Positions 50,309 to 61,078 of a stretch of 64,000 nt of DNA are shown here, piece by piece (position 1 is the first letter of the stretch; each line of letters opens with the position of its first letter). The position numbers and the translations under genes were made by a program. Below the pieces are notes generated by a model. The model was not told the origin of the DNA. It did no database searches and saw nothing but the letters and a program-made list of their open reading frames with translations. The DNA is from an uncultured Alphaproteobacteria bacterium (lineage in GTDB: Bacteria; Pseudomonadota; Alphaproteobacteria; Acetobacterales; Acetobacteraceae), in contig CAWGZJ010000005.1 of assembly GCA_963826975.1 (NCBI GenBank), forward strand, positions 302,959 through 366,958. Direction: 5' to 3'.

Positions 50309-50869
50309 TTGGCTCGGGGGGAAGGAGGTGAACACTTGGGCCGCGCCGCCGGTATCAAGCTATATGCATATGTCGGAAATACCCCGCTGAACCGCATAGA
50401 CCCAGTCGGTCGTTGCGACAATCTATCGGGGTGTGCCGCCGGTTCGAGCGACCAGCTCAATATGGCCGATGAGCCGTCGATCTGGCCTCGCCACGCCGAC
50501 ATCACCGACCACAACCGGCTCAACAACGGCGCACGACGGTGTTCTCCTCTGGAGGTCAACTGGTTGACGGCTTCGAGCCGCAAGCGCAGGTCTCGGTCGG
50601 GCCAATGCTTGCCTTCCTCGAACGCCAGTGCGTCGATGCTGAATTACAGCGCGCACCACGCTGACCAGGACGCCAAGGTTTGGCTGGGCCAACCCTGGGC
50701 CGCGGCGGCACTCCTGATTGAGCTGCCGCAGGCGTTGGTGGTTGCTCGCAGCCAGCACTATATTGCCCCCATGGACACCGCCCCACCCCCCCCCGCGCCA
50801 ACTCAGCCACAATCCGCGTCGACACCCAGGCGGAGACCCGGCGCCGGATCGCCCGGGAGGCCGAAATGA
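50309..50869 (+). CDS. Orphan Rhs/YD-repeat C-terminal tip fragment (LYAYVGNTPLNRIDPVG core-end motif followed by a ~100-aa variable toxin-like domain); 3' part of the ORF is probably read-through
   Basis: The YxYxGNxPLNxxDPxG motif marks the end of Rhs core domains; no upstream Rhs core is present. Confidence 0.5.
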   Translation: MARGEGGEHLGRAAGIKLYAYVGNTPLNRIDPVGRCDNLSGCAAGSSDQLNMADEPSIWPRHADITDHNRLNNGARRCSPLEVNWLTASSRKRRSRSGQCLPSSNASASMLNYSAHHADQDAKVWLGQPWAAAALLIELPQALVVARSQHYIAPMDTAPPPPAPTQPQSASTPRRRPGAGSPGRPK

Positions 50870-50987
50870 TCGCCGAGGCGCGCGCGTCGGCTGCCGCCGG
50901 GCGCGTCGTGTCGTCGGAAGAGGTCGACGCCTGGATCGATAGCCTCGACACGGACCACGAGCGACCGGCACCCCGTTCCGGGCGCTG
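50812..50987 (+). pseudogene. Fragment of a ribbon-helix-helix type antitoxin (C-terminal ...IAREAEMIAEARASAAAGRVVSSEEVDAWIDSLDTDHERPAP)
   Basis: The frame is open back to a stop at 50719 but has no start codon, and no partner toxin gene follows. Confidence 0.35.
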
Positions 50988-51298
50988 AGGCGGTACGAAT
51001 AAGCGCGCACAGTGCGAACGTCACGCGGCTCTCGGGTAGGCTTCCGGCGCCGCAGTTAGCGGCCTCAATCCGTCGGTGTTTTCCGACATGCTATGCGAAA
51101 CTCCCCAGACGTAGTCCCCGTCAGGTTGACGTGCTCCCAGCCGAGCGGCGAAAGGTGGGCAAGCAGATGATCGGGGATGTCCTCGCTCTCCCGCAGAACG
51201 GCCATGGCGCGCTCCATCCTGTGCAATACGCGCTACCTGTAATCCCGCTTGCAAACCTGCTTGCAACCCATCGGAATCCGAACCAATATGGCTGACCG

Positions 51299-51922
51299 AT
51301 GGAGAACCGCATGCACTGCTTTGGCAAGATTCCCGGGATCGCCGTCGGCGCCATCCTGGTCCTATCAGTTTCGACTGGGACGGCATCAGCGGCCTTATTT
51401 GATTGGACCCTTTCCGGCGGCGGCGACACTGGCTCTGGCACGCTGACGACAGGTGCTGCCGACGGCCACGGCTATGATGTTCTCAGTTTTTTGGGGACAA
51501 TAGATGGTCATGCGGTCGCCCTCTCCGGTGGACAACCTGGTCCCGGTGGCAGCGGCTCCCCGGGACCATTCTATTTCGACAATATAATCTATCCTGCTTT
51601 GAATTCCGGGACGCCCAGCTGTGCTGGCGGCAATACCTTCCTCGATGGGTGCGGCATCGCTTTTACGATCGATGGCGGGTACGGAAACATCTTCGATAAT
51701 TATTCTGGAACCGGCACCGGTGCGTACGTTTATTCGATCGTGGCTGCATCAAGTTCCAACAATTTCGATGCTAACTTTGCTATCACGCAAGTTCCGGAGC
51801 CCTCCTCGCTATCGTTGCTCGTTGTTATGGTCGCCGGTCTCGGTCTGATATGTTGGCGCAACCGCCCGCTGTCTGTCCGCCAAGACGGGCCTGGGGGCCA
51901 ATCGCCGAGCATATCGGTGTAG
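51299..51922 (+). CDS. PEP-CTERM sorting domain-containing secreted protein
   Basis: N-terminal signal peptide and C-terminal VPEPSSLSLLVVMVAGLGLICWRNR (PEP motif + TM + basic tail). Confidence 0.7.
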   Translation: MENRMHCFGKIPGIAVGAILVLSVSTGTASAALFDWTLSGGGDTGSGTLTTGAADGHGYDVLSFLGTIDGHAVALSGGQPGPGGSGSPGPFYFDNIIYPALNSGTPSCAGGNTFLDGCGIAFTIDGGYGNIFDNYSGTGTGAYVYSIVAASSSNNFDANFAITQVPEPSSLSLLVVMVAGLGLICWRNRPLSVRQDGPGGQSPSISV

Positions 51923-52229
51923 CGCGAATTCTATCGTCGCGTTTGTGCCCATAAAATAATCTCGGCGTCAGCTGCGGTGCGCAGGCCAAGGTCGATCGCA
52001 TGCACTGCGTCGTGGCCCTGCTGCAAAAGCCACGCCGCTCGCCACGCCCTGCCGCACCGCCGCGCTGGTCGCTTGACGGCTGATCTTCTATCAGTGGGAT
52101 AATACCGGGCGGCAGAACTACCGGCGGACGCAACCCCGCCACCGGACCGTCACCCCAACCGGTCAAATGACCGGGTGTCAGACCAACCAAGCGGCGATAA
52201 ACGTCCCCAGGACCGATCGGTAGGACACC

Positions 52230-53384
52230 ATGAGAACACGGCTAGGAAGCCTCTGTATCTTGGCCGTAGCCGCGCTCGCACCGCCGGTCATCGCCCCCGC
52301 GCAAACCGCGCCACCGGCGCCACAGGTGACGGTCGCCACCCCCCTCGCCAGCCACGTGGCCCAATGGGACGAATTCACCGGGCGGTTTGAGGCGGTGGCG
52401 AGGGTCGACGTCCGCCCACGCGTCTCCGGCTACATCACCGAGGTGCATTTCCGCGACGGCGCCACCGTCAAACAGAACGATCTGCTGTTCACCATCGACC
52501 AGCGGCCGTTCCAGCTCGCCGTCGACTCCGCCCAGGCCGACGTCGTTCGCACCCAGGCGCAGGTCGTGCTGGACGTCGCCGACTACGCGCGCGCCCAGGA
52601 GTTGGTGAAGACCGCCGCCACCCCGGTGCGTGAACTCGACCAGCGCAAGGCGAATCTCGACATCGCGCGGGCCCAGCTTCTCTCCGCCGAGGCGGCATTG
52701 CACACCGCGCAGCTCAATCTGGAATGGACCGAGGTGCGGGCGCCCGTCGCCGGGCGGGTGTCGGACCGGCGGGTCGATCCCGGCAACCTTGTCGCCGGCG
52801 GACAAAGCGGCTCGACCCTGCTGACCACGATCATCAGCCTGGATCCGATCTATTTCGTCTTCGATGGATCGGAGGCCGACTACGTCCGCTACAGGCGCCT
52901 CGATGCCGAAGGGAAACGCGGCTCGTCGCGCGATACCCCGAACCCCGTCCGAGTGCGCCTCGCCGACGAAACCACCTGGCCCCACGCCGGAGTGATGAAT
53001 TTCGTCGACAACGAAATCAATCCACACACCGGGACGATCCGCGGACGCGCGATATTCGACAACAAGGACGGCTTTCTCACGCCGGGCACCTTCGGCCGGC
53101 TGCGCCTCTACGGCGGGGCAATCGACGCATTGCTGATCCCCGACGCCGCGATCGTCTCCGACCAGGCCAACAAGGTCGTGCTGCTCGTCGGCGCCGACAA
53201 CAAGGTGCTTGCCAGGCCGGTGACGCTCGGCGGCATGGCGCGCGGATTGCGCGTCGTCGCATCCGGGATTGCGCCCACCGATCGCATAGTGATCACCGGC
53301 CTCGCCAATCCGTTCGTCCGTCCCGGTGTGACCGTCGCGCCGCGACAAGGTGAGATCCATCCGGCCGACGACAACGCCGACTGA
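52230..53384 (+). CDS. Efflux RND transporter periplasmic adaptor (membrane fusion protein)
   Basis: Lipoprotein/signal N-terminus, coiled-coil hairpin, beta-barrel and MP domain conservation. Confidence 0.85.
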   Translation: MRTRLGSLCILAVAALAPPVIAPAQTAPPAPQVTVATPLASHVAQWDEFTGRFEAVARVDVRPRVSGYITEVHFRDGATVKQNDLLFTIDQRPFQLAVDSAQADVVRTQAQVVLDVADYARAQELVKTAATPVRELDQRKANLDIARAQLLSAEAALHTAQLNLEWTEVRAPVAGRVSDRRVDPGNLVAGGQSGSTLLTTIISLDPIYFVFDGSEADYVRYRRLDAEGKRGSSRDTPNPVRVRLADETTWPHAGVMNFVDNEINPHTGTIRGRAIFDNKDGFLTPGTFGRLRLYGGAIDALLIPDAAIVSDQANKVVLLVGADNKVLARPVTLGGMARGLRVVASGIAPTDRIVITGLANPFVRPGVTVAPRQGEIHPADDNAD

Positions 53385-53389
53385 TTCGG

Positions 53390-53505
53390 GGCCGACTGAT
53401 TTGGGGCCGACTGAACCGGGCCCGCCTGAACCGGGCCAGACTGAACCAAGGCCGACTGAACCAAGGCCGACTGAACCAAGGCCGACTGAACCACGGACGC
53501 GGCCG
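53390..53505. repeat. 16-bp microsatellite (GGCCGACTGAACCAAG-like, about 7 units) between the adaptor and RND genes
   Basis: Read directly. Confidence 0.85.
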
Positions 53506-53536
53506 GCTCGCGGACCGCACCGCCAGGGAGCATCAA

Positions 53537-56500
53537 ATGCGATTCTCGCATTTCTTCATCGAGCGGCCGATCTTCGCCGCGGTTCTGTCGATCGTCATCA
53601 CCATCGCCGGCGCGCTGGTCCAGCGGGCGCTGCCGATCTCGGAATATCCCGATATCGCGCCGCCCACGGTCAACATCCGCGCCAACTATCCCGGCGCCTC
53701 CGCCCAGGTGCTCGCCGAAACCGTGGCGACGCCGATCGAGCAGCAGGTGAACGGCGTCGACGACATGCTGTACATCACCAGCCAGTCGGTCGGCGACGGC
53801 ACGCTGTCGATCGACGTGGTGTTCAAGCCCGGCACCGATATCGACATCGCGCAAGTGCTGGTGCAGAATCGGGTCTCCGTCGCCACGCCGCGACTGCCGG
53901 CTGAAGTGCAGCAGCTCGGCATCACGGTGCGCAAGGCCTCGCCCGACCTGATGATGGTCGTGCACATGATTTCGCGGGATGGCTCGCGCGACCAGCAATA
54001 CATCTCGAACTATGCAACGCTCTACATCAAGGATGCGCTGGCGCGGGTCGATGGCGTGGGCGACGTCAATGTCTTCGGCGCCCGCGATTATTCGATGCGC
54101 GTATGGCTCGATCCCGCCAAGGTAGCGGCGCGCGGGCTGACCGCTGGCGACGTGGTGAACGCGCTGCGCGCCGCAAACCTTCAGGTCGCCGCGGGCGCGA
54201 TCAACCAGCCGCCGGCGACCTCGCCGGGCGCGTTCCAGATATCGGTGCAGACGCTGGGCCGGCTGCGCGATGTCGAGCAGTTCGGCGACATCGTGGTGCG
54301 CGCCGATCCGGGCACCGGGTTCGTGCGCATCCGCGACATCGCCCGGGTCGAACTCGGCGCCCAGGACTACACGGTCAACGCCTATCTCAACAAAGCCGTG
54401 GCAACCGCCATCGTGATCTATCAGCGCCCAGGCTCCAACGCGCTCTCTACCGCGGCCGCGATCAAACAGGCGATGGCGGAGGCCAAGCGGAATTTCCCGC
54501 CCGGCCTCGATTATTCGATCGTCTACAATCCGACCGAGTTCATCCAGCAATCCGTCAATGAGGTCGTGCGCACCCTGTTCATCGCAATCGGCCTCGTTGT
54601 CTGCGTCGTGATCCTGTTCCTGCAAACCTGGCGCGCCGCGATCATTCCGGTGGTGGCCATTCCGGTGTCGCTGATCGGCTGCTTCCTGGTCATGGGGATG
54701 GTCGGAATCGGCTTCAACACCCTGTCGCTGTTCGGCCTGGTGCTGGCGATCGGCATCGTGGTGGACGACGCGATCGTCGTGGTCGAGAACGTCGAGCGCT
54801 ATCATCCGCGAGGGCATGACGCCGAAGGACGCCGCGCATGAGACGATGGACGAGGTCGGCAGCGCGCTGATCGCCATCGCCCTGGTGCTGTGCGCGGTGT
54901 TCATCCCGACCGCTTTCATCAGCGGATTGCAGGGCTCGTTCTACCGCCAGTTCGCCATCACCATCGCCGCGCGCGACGGTGATCTCCGCCATGGTGTCGC
55001 TGACCCTGTCGCCGGCGCTGGCGGCGCTGCTGTTGAAACCGCACGACGCGGCGCCAAAGCCGACACTGATGCATCGCCTGGCCACGCCGCTGCGTGGATT
55101 CTTCGCCGGTTTCAACTGGGCGTTCGACCGCGTGTCGCTGGGCTATGGCCGGCTGGTCGGCCGGCTGGTGCGGATCGGCGCCATCGTGCTGGTGGTCTAC
55201 GCGGCGCTGATCTATGCCGCCTACAATCGGCTGGCCGCGACGCCCACCGGACTTATCCCGCAGCTCGACCGCGGCTATCTGATCGCCGCGTTCCAGCTTC
55301 CGCCGGGCGCCTCGCTCGCGCGCACCGACGCAGTGATCCGCCGGGCGTCCGAGATCATTCTGCAACGACCGGGCGTGCAGAACTCCGTCGCATTCACCGG
55401 ATTTGACGGCGCGACCTTCACCAACGCGCCCAACGCCGGCGTGATCTTCGTGCCGTTGAGCCCGTTCGAGGAACGCGTGTCGCGCGGCCTGACTGCGCCG
55501 CGCATCCTCGCCGATTTGCGCCAGCAGCTAGCCCAGATCGACGACGCCTTCGCCTTCGTGCTCGAGCCGCCCTCGGTTCCCGGCATCGGCACCGGCGGCG
55601 GGCTGAAGCTGTACGTCCAGGACCGCACCGGGCAGGGCTTGCCCGCGCTGGAGCAGGCTACCTGGATCGTTGCCGGCTCGGCGGCGCAGACCCCTGGCTT
55701 CACCCAGGCCTTCACCCTGTTCAACACGCATACGCCGCAGATCTACGCCGATATCGACCGCACCAAGTCGGAGTTGTTGCAGGTGCCGATCGGGCGCGTG
55801 TTCGAAGCGCTGTCGGTCTACATGGGGTCGTCCTACATCAACGACTTCAACCTGGCCGGACGCACCTATCAGGTGATGGCGCAGGCCGACAACCCGTACC
55901 GGCTGACCCTGCGCGACGTCGAAAACCTGAAGACGCGCAACGCCGGCGGCGACATGGTGCCGATCGGTGCGGTGGCGACATTCCGTGACACGACCGGACC
56001 GTTCCGCGTGCCGCGCTACAACCTCTATCCGGCGGCCGAGGTGCAGCTTGGCCTGGCGCGCGGCTTTTCCACCGGCCAGGCGATCGCCGCGATCGAGAAG
56101 ATCGCCGCCGAGCGTCTGCCCCCCGGCTTCGGGTTCGAATGGACCGAGATCGCGCTGCAGGAGAAGCTCGCCGGCAACACCGCGCTCTGGCGTTCGGCCT
56201 CGCGGTCGCCTTCGTCTTCCTGCTGCTGGCGGCGCTGTACGAGAGCTGGCTGCTGCCGCTCGCCGTCGTGCTGATCGTGCCCATGTGCATTCTGGCGGCG
56301 ATGCTCGGGGTGAACGCGCGCGGGCTGGACCGCAACATCCTGGTCGAGATCGGGCTGGTGGTGCTGGTCGGACTGGCCGCCAAGAACGCCATTCTGATCG
56401 TGGAATTCGCCAAGCAGGCCGAGAACGAGGGCATGACAAGGTTCGAAGCGGCGGTTGCCGCGGCGCGTACGCGGTTGCGGCCGATCCTGATGACCTCGAT

Positions 56501-56723
56501 GGCGTTCATTCTCGGCGTCGTGCCGCTGGCCGTCGCGGTCGGCGCCGGCGCGGAGATGCGCCAGTCGCTGGGAACCGCGGTGTTCACCGGCATGCTGGGC
56601 GTTACGCTGTTCGGACTGGTATTCACGCCGGTGTTCTACGTGCTGGTGCGGCGGATGGCGTTGCTGTTGCCGCACAAGCGCGCCCACCACACAACGCGAG
56701 CGGACGGTGCCGATCTGGGGTGA
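53537..56723 (+). pseudogene. RND efflux permease (AcrB/MexB-like) interrupted by at least three frameshifts (~54800, ~54970, ~56190)
   Basis: ORFs 53537..54841, 54816..55406, 54979..56274 and 56139..56723 are collinear with a single ~1050-aa RND protein; the junctions fall in GC-rich short repeats. Confidence 0.8.
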
Positions 56724-56815
56724 GCGACTGCCGGGACGTTCGGTTCACCCCAATCGGAACAGCGAAGCTCGCGACGGCGTTTCGAGACGGCCGCTTAGGG
56801 CACAGCCACGCCACC

Positions 56816-57277
56816 CTACCGGCTGGCATCCAGCGCCGCCTGCAGCATCCACGCCGCCGCCGCCCGATCCACCACCCGCGCCCGCCGCTTGCGGCTGAGA
56901 TCGGCCTCCTGCACCAGCATCCGGTTCACCGCGGCACTCGACAGCCGCTCGTCCCACATCGCCGCCGGCAGCCCCGCCATTTCCGACAGCGCCATCGCCC
57001 AGTCGCGCGCCGCCTGCGCCGCCGGCCCGACGCTGCCGTCCATCGACAGCGGCAGCCCCACCACCAGCCCGCCCGCCCCCTCCTTCCGCGCGATCGTCAC
57101 GATGGCGTCCGCGATCGCCCGCAGCCGGATCCGCGGCAGGCTGCCATACGGGCTGGCCAACGTCAGCGACACGTCCGACAGCGCCACCCCGATCACTTTC
57201 GCGCCAGGATCGAGGCCGATCAGCCGCTGCTCCCGCGCCAGCATCCCGCGCAGTTCGGTCAGGTTGAACAGTGCCAT
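56816..57277 (-). CDS. ruvX: Holliday junction resolvase-like protein RuvX (YqgF)
   Basis: LIGLDPGAKVIGVALSD...GLPLSMDGS conserved YqgF motifs. Confidence 0.8.
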   Translation of the reverse strand: MALFNLTELRGMLAREQRLIGLDPGAKVIGVALSDVSLTLASPYGSLPRIRLRAIADAIVTIARKEGAGGLVVGLPLSMDGSVGPAAQAARDWAMALSEMAGLPAAMWDERLSSAAVNRMLVQEADLSRKRRARVVDRAAAAWMLQAALDASR

Positions 57278-57328
57278 CCCCGCCGTTATGGTCCGCCCCC
57301 TTCTCGCAGCCAAGGTTGGTGGAGCCCC

Positions 57329-57616
57329 ATGTCGCTCGACGCCGCGACCATCCGTCGCATCGCCTCGCTCGCCCGCATTCACGTCGATGATGCCGAGGTC
57401 GCCACGCTGCAAACCGAGCTGAACTCGATCCTCGGCTGGATCGAGCAGCTCAACGAGGTGAACGTCGACGGCGTCGAGCCGCTGACCGGCGCCGCGCAGA
57501 TGGCGCTGAAGATGCGCGAGGACGTGGTGACCGACGGCGGCTACCCCGAGAAGGTGCTGGCCAACGCGCCGGAGCGGGCGGGGAACTTCTACGCCGTTCC
57601 GAAGGTGGTGGAGTGA
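57329..57616 (+). CDS. gatC: Asp-tRNA(Asn)/Glu-tRNA(Gln) amidotransferase subunit C
   Basis: ~95-aa GatC sequence immediately upstream of gatA. Confidence 0.85.
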   Translation: MSLDAATIRRIASLARIHVDDAEVATLQTELNSILGWIEQLNEVNVDGVEPLTGAAQMALKMREDVVTDGGYPEKVLANAPERAGNFYAVPKVVE

Positions 57617-57675
57617 TGCGGGTGCCGTATGCGACCCCGAAGGTGGTGGAGTGATGCGGGTGCCATATGCGACCA

Positions 57676-57785
57676 CTTCTCCCCCTCCCCTTGAGGGAGG
57701 GGGTTGGGGGGAGGGGTCAATCCCCCACCGACGTTGCGCGCTCAACCCCTCCCCCCACCCCCCTCCCTCAAGGGGAGGGGGAGTA
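57676..57785. repeat. Palindromic repeat family B, copy 3 (gatC-gatA spacer), preceded by a 44-bp direct duplication at 57595-57680
   Basis: Read directly. Confidence 0.8.
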
Positions 57786-57804
57786 GCGCACCCAGAACCA
57801 CCCC

Positions 57805-59287
57805 GATGACCCTCACCGACCTCACCCTCGCCGCCGCCCGGGACGGCTTGCGCGCCAGGCACTTCACCGCCGAAGCCCTCACCCGCGCGCACCTCGAAGC
57901 GATCGAGGCCCTCAACCCGCGCCTGAACGCCTACACCACCGTCAGCCACGCCCGCGCGATGGATCAGGCGCGCGCCGCCGACGCCGCTATCGCGCGCAAC
58001 GACACCCGCCCCCTCACCGGCATTCCGCTCGCCATCAAGGACCTGTTCTGCACCGAAGGCGTGCGCACCACCGCCGGCAGCAAGATCCTCGGCCCCTTCG
58101 TCCCACCCTACGAAAGCACCGTCACCGCCAACCTGCTGCGTGACGGCGCGGTCTTCCTCGGCAAGGCGAACATGGACGAGTTCGCCATGGGCTCGTCCAA
58201 CATGACCTCGGCCTGGGGCGCGGTGGAGAACCCGTGGAAGCGCCGCCAGGACAGCAGTGCCGTGCTGGTGCCCGGCGGGTCCTCCGGCGGATCGGCATCC
58301 GCGGTCGCCGCGCGGCTGGCACTGGGTGCGACCGGCACCGACACCGGCGGATCGATCCGCCAGCCGGCGTCGTTCTGCGGCATCGTCGGCGTCAAGCCGA
58401 CCTACGGCCGTTGCTCGCGCTGGGGCGTGGTGGCGTTCGCGTCGTCGCTGGACCAGGCCGGCCCGTTCGCCCGCACGGTCGAGGACTGCGCCATCCTGCT
58501 CGGCTCGATGGCCGGCCACGATCCGAAGGATTCCACCAGCGCCGACGTTCCGGTACCGGACTTTGCAGCTGCCTGCCGGCGCGGCGTGCAGGGCATGCGC
58601 ATCGGCGTGCCGCGCGAATACCGGCTCGACGGCATGCCCGACGATATCGAGCGCCTGTGGCAGCAGGGCGTTGCCTGGCTGCGCGACGCCGGCGCCGAAA
58701 TCGTCGACGTATCGCTGCCGCACACCAAATACGGCCTGACCACCTACTACATCGTTGCCCCGGCCGAGTGCTCGTCAAACCTGGCACGCTACGACGGCGT
58801 GCGCTTCGGCCTGCGCGAGGACGGCGCCGATCTGCGCGACCTTTATGAGAAGACGCGTGCCGCCGGGTTCGGCGCCGAGGTACGCCGGCGCATCATGATC
58901 GGCACCTACGTGCTGTCCGCCGGCTACTACGACGCTTATTACTTGCGCGCACAGAAGGTGCGGGCGCTGATCCTGCGCGATTTCACCGAGGTGTTCACCA
59001 AGGTGGATGCGCTGCTGACCCCGACCGCGCCCTCGGCCGCGTTTGCGCAGGGCGACAACATGGACGACCCGATCAAGATGTATCTGAACGACGTGTTCAC
59101 CATCCCGGCCAGCATGGCGGGTGTGCCCGGCATATCGGTGCCGGCCGGGTTGGACGCCAACGACCTGCCGCTCGGCCTGCAGGTGATCGGCAAGCCGTTC
59201 GACGAAGAAACGATCTTCGCGGTTGCCGCAGCAATAGAACGTGCGGCAAAATTCGATGCACTGCCGGCGCTCAGGGCAGCAGGTTGA
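57805..59287 (+). CDS. gatA: Glutamyl-tRNA(Gln)/Asp-tRNA(Asn) amidotransferase subunit A
   Basis: Amidase signature [12 protein letters not shown] and family-wide similarity. Confidence 0.9.
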
Positions 59288-59295
59288 GCGCCTGT

Positions 59296-59390
59296 ACACC
59301 TCTCCCGCGCTTGCGGGAGAGGTCGGCGAGCGGAGCGAGACGGGTGAGGGTTCTTGCCGCATGCACCACCCTCACCCGCATCGCTCCGCG
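59296..59390. repeat. Family A repeat copy in the gatA-gatB spacer
   Basis: ACACCTCTCCCGCGCTTGCGGGAGAGGTCGGCGAGCGGAGCGAGACGGGTGAGGG plus an adjacent palindrome. Confidence 0.8.
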
Positions 59391-59498
59391 CCGCGACCCC
59401 CGGGTCAAGTGCCCGGGGGCATGCCTTGGTCCGCTCTTCGCGGCCCAAGCCCGCAAAGAGCGAGAGAGGTGCACTACGATGACCGCGGAGACTGAACC

Positions 59499-60947
59499 AT
59501 GACCTACATCCTCGAAGGCACCACCGGCCCCTGGGAAACCGTCATCGGCCTGGAAGTCCATGCCCAGGTCATCAGCGCTGCAAAACTCTTCTCCGGCGCG
59601 TCAACCACCTTCGGCGCCGAGCCAAACACGCAAGTCAGCTTCGTCGACGCCGCGTTCCCCGGCATGCTGCCGGTGATCAACCGCGAGTGCGTCGCCCAGG
59701 CCGTGCGCACCGGCCTGGGCCTGAACGCGCACATCAACATCGTCAGCCGGTTCGATCGCAAGAACTACTTCTACGCCGACCTGCCCGCCGGCTATCAGAT
59801 CAGCCAGTACCAGCACCCAATCGTCGGCGAAGGCACAATCGAGATCGAACTCGCCAACGGCGAAACCAAACAGATCGGCATCACCCGCCTGCACCTGGAG
59901 CAGGACGCCGGCAAGTCGCTGCACGACCAGCACCCAACAAAATCCTACATCGACCTGAACCGTTCCGGTGTCGCGCTGATGGAGATTGTCAGCGAGCCCG
60001 ACCTGCGCAGCCCGGAGGAAGCCGGCGCCTATCTGCGCAAGCTGCGCACCATCATGCGCTATCTCGGCACTTGCGACGGCAACATGGAGGAAGGCTCCAT
60101 GCGTGCCGACGTCAACGTCTCGGTGCGCAAGCACGGCGAACCGTTCCGCACACGGTGCGAGGTTAAGAACGTCAACTCGATCCGCTTCGTCATGCTGGCG
60201 ATCGAGGCCGAGGCCAAGCGCCAGATCGAGGTCTGGGAATCCGGCGGCACCGTCAGCCAGGAAACCCGGCTCTACGACGTGGCGCGCGGCATGACGCGAT
60301 CGATGCGTTCCAAGGAGGACGCGCATGATTACCGCTACTTCCCCGACCCGGACCTGCTGCCGCTGGTGCTGGACGAGGACTGGATCGCCGAGCTGAAATC
60401 CCACCTGCCGGAACTGCCCGACGCCAAGAAAGCGCGCTTCATCCAGGACTACGGGTTACCTGCATATGATGCGGGCGTGCTGGTCGCTGACCAGGCTACG
60501 GCTGAGTACTACGAGAAAATGGCCGAAGGTCGTGACCCCAAGATGGCCGCTAATTTGCTGATGGGCGATGTCTTCGCCGCGCTCAATCGGGTGAGCAAGA
60601 CCATCGAACAGAGTCCGGTGACGGCGGCTGCCAATAATCAACTTCTCGACCTGATCTCCGATGGCACGATCAACGGCCGCATCGCCAAGGAAGTGTTCGA
60701 GGCCATGGTCGATACCGGTCAGAGTCCGGATGTAATCATCAAAGAGAAGGGCCTGCGCCAAGTCACAGACACCAGCGCGATCGATACGGCAGTGGACAAA
60801 GTCCTGGCCGCCAACGCCGACAAGGTAGCCGAATACAAATCCGGCAAGGACAAGCTGTTCGGCTTCTTCGTCGGCCAAGTAATGAAGGCAATGGCCGGCA
60901 AGGGCAACCCCGCGCTGGTGAACGAGGCGTTGAGAAAGAAGCTTTAG
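59499..60947 (+). CDS. gatB: Asp-tRNA(Asn)/Glu-tRNA(Gln) amidotransferase subunit B
   Basis: GLEVHAQV...GMLPVINRE...[13 protein letters not shown] conserved GatB blocks. Confidence 0.9.
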   Translation: MTYILEGTTGPWETVIGLEVHAQVISAAKLFSGASTTFGAEPNTQVSFVDAAFPGMLPVINRECVAQAVRTGLGLNAHINIVSRFDRKNYFYADLPAGYQISQYQHPIVGEGTIEIELANGETKQIGITRLHLEQDAGKSLHDQHPTKSYIDLNRSGVALMEIVSEPDLRSPEEAGAYLRKLRTIMRYLGTCDGNMEEGSMRADVNVSVRKHGEPFRTRCEVKNVNSIRFVMLAIEAEAKRQIEVWESGGTVSQETRLYDVARGMTRSMRSKEDAHDYRYFPDPDLLPLVLDEDWIAELKSHLPELPDAKKARFIQDYGLPAYDAGVLVADQATAEYYEKMAEGRDPKMAANLLMGDVFAALNRVSKTIEQSPVTAAANNQLLDLISDGTINGRIAKEVFEAMVDTGQSPDVIIKEKGLRQVTDTSAIDTAVDKVLAANADKVAEYKSGKDKLFGFFVGQVMKAMAGKGNPALVNEALRKKL

Positions 60948-60955
60948 GTTGGGCA

Positions 60956-61078
60956 TTTCTTCTCCCCCTCCCCTTGAGGGAGGGGGCTGGGGGGAGGGGT
61001 CGGTGCGGCAAGTCATTATCAGCCTGGGCGCCGCTCTGACCCCTCCCCCCAACCCCCTCCCTCAAGGGGAGGGGGAGT
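60956..61078. repeat. Palindromic repeat family B, copy 4 (both arms)
   Basis: CTCCCCTTGAGGGAGGGGGCTGGGGGGAGGGGTC ... GACCCCTCCCCCCAACCCCCTCCCTCAAGGGGAGGGGG. Confidence 0.8.

Noticed and set aside
51021-51441. Minus-strand ORFs (121 and 106 aa) downstream of the antitoxin fragment
   Set aside because: They overlap each other in different frames, have low-complexity composition and no start context. A short segment resembling a transposase N-terminus could not be placed confidently.
56816-58723. 635-aa minus-strand ORF extending far beyond ruvX
   Set aside because: Only the C-terminal ~153 aa match RuvX. The upstream part is antisense to gatC/gatA and passes through a family-B repeat.
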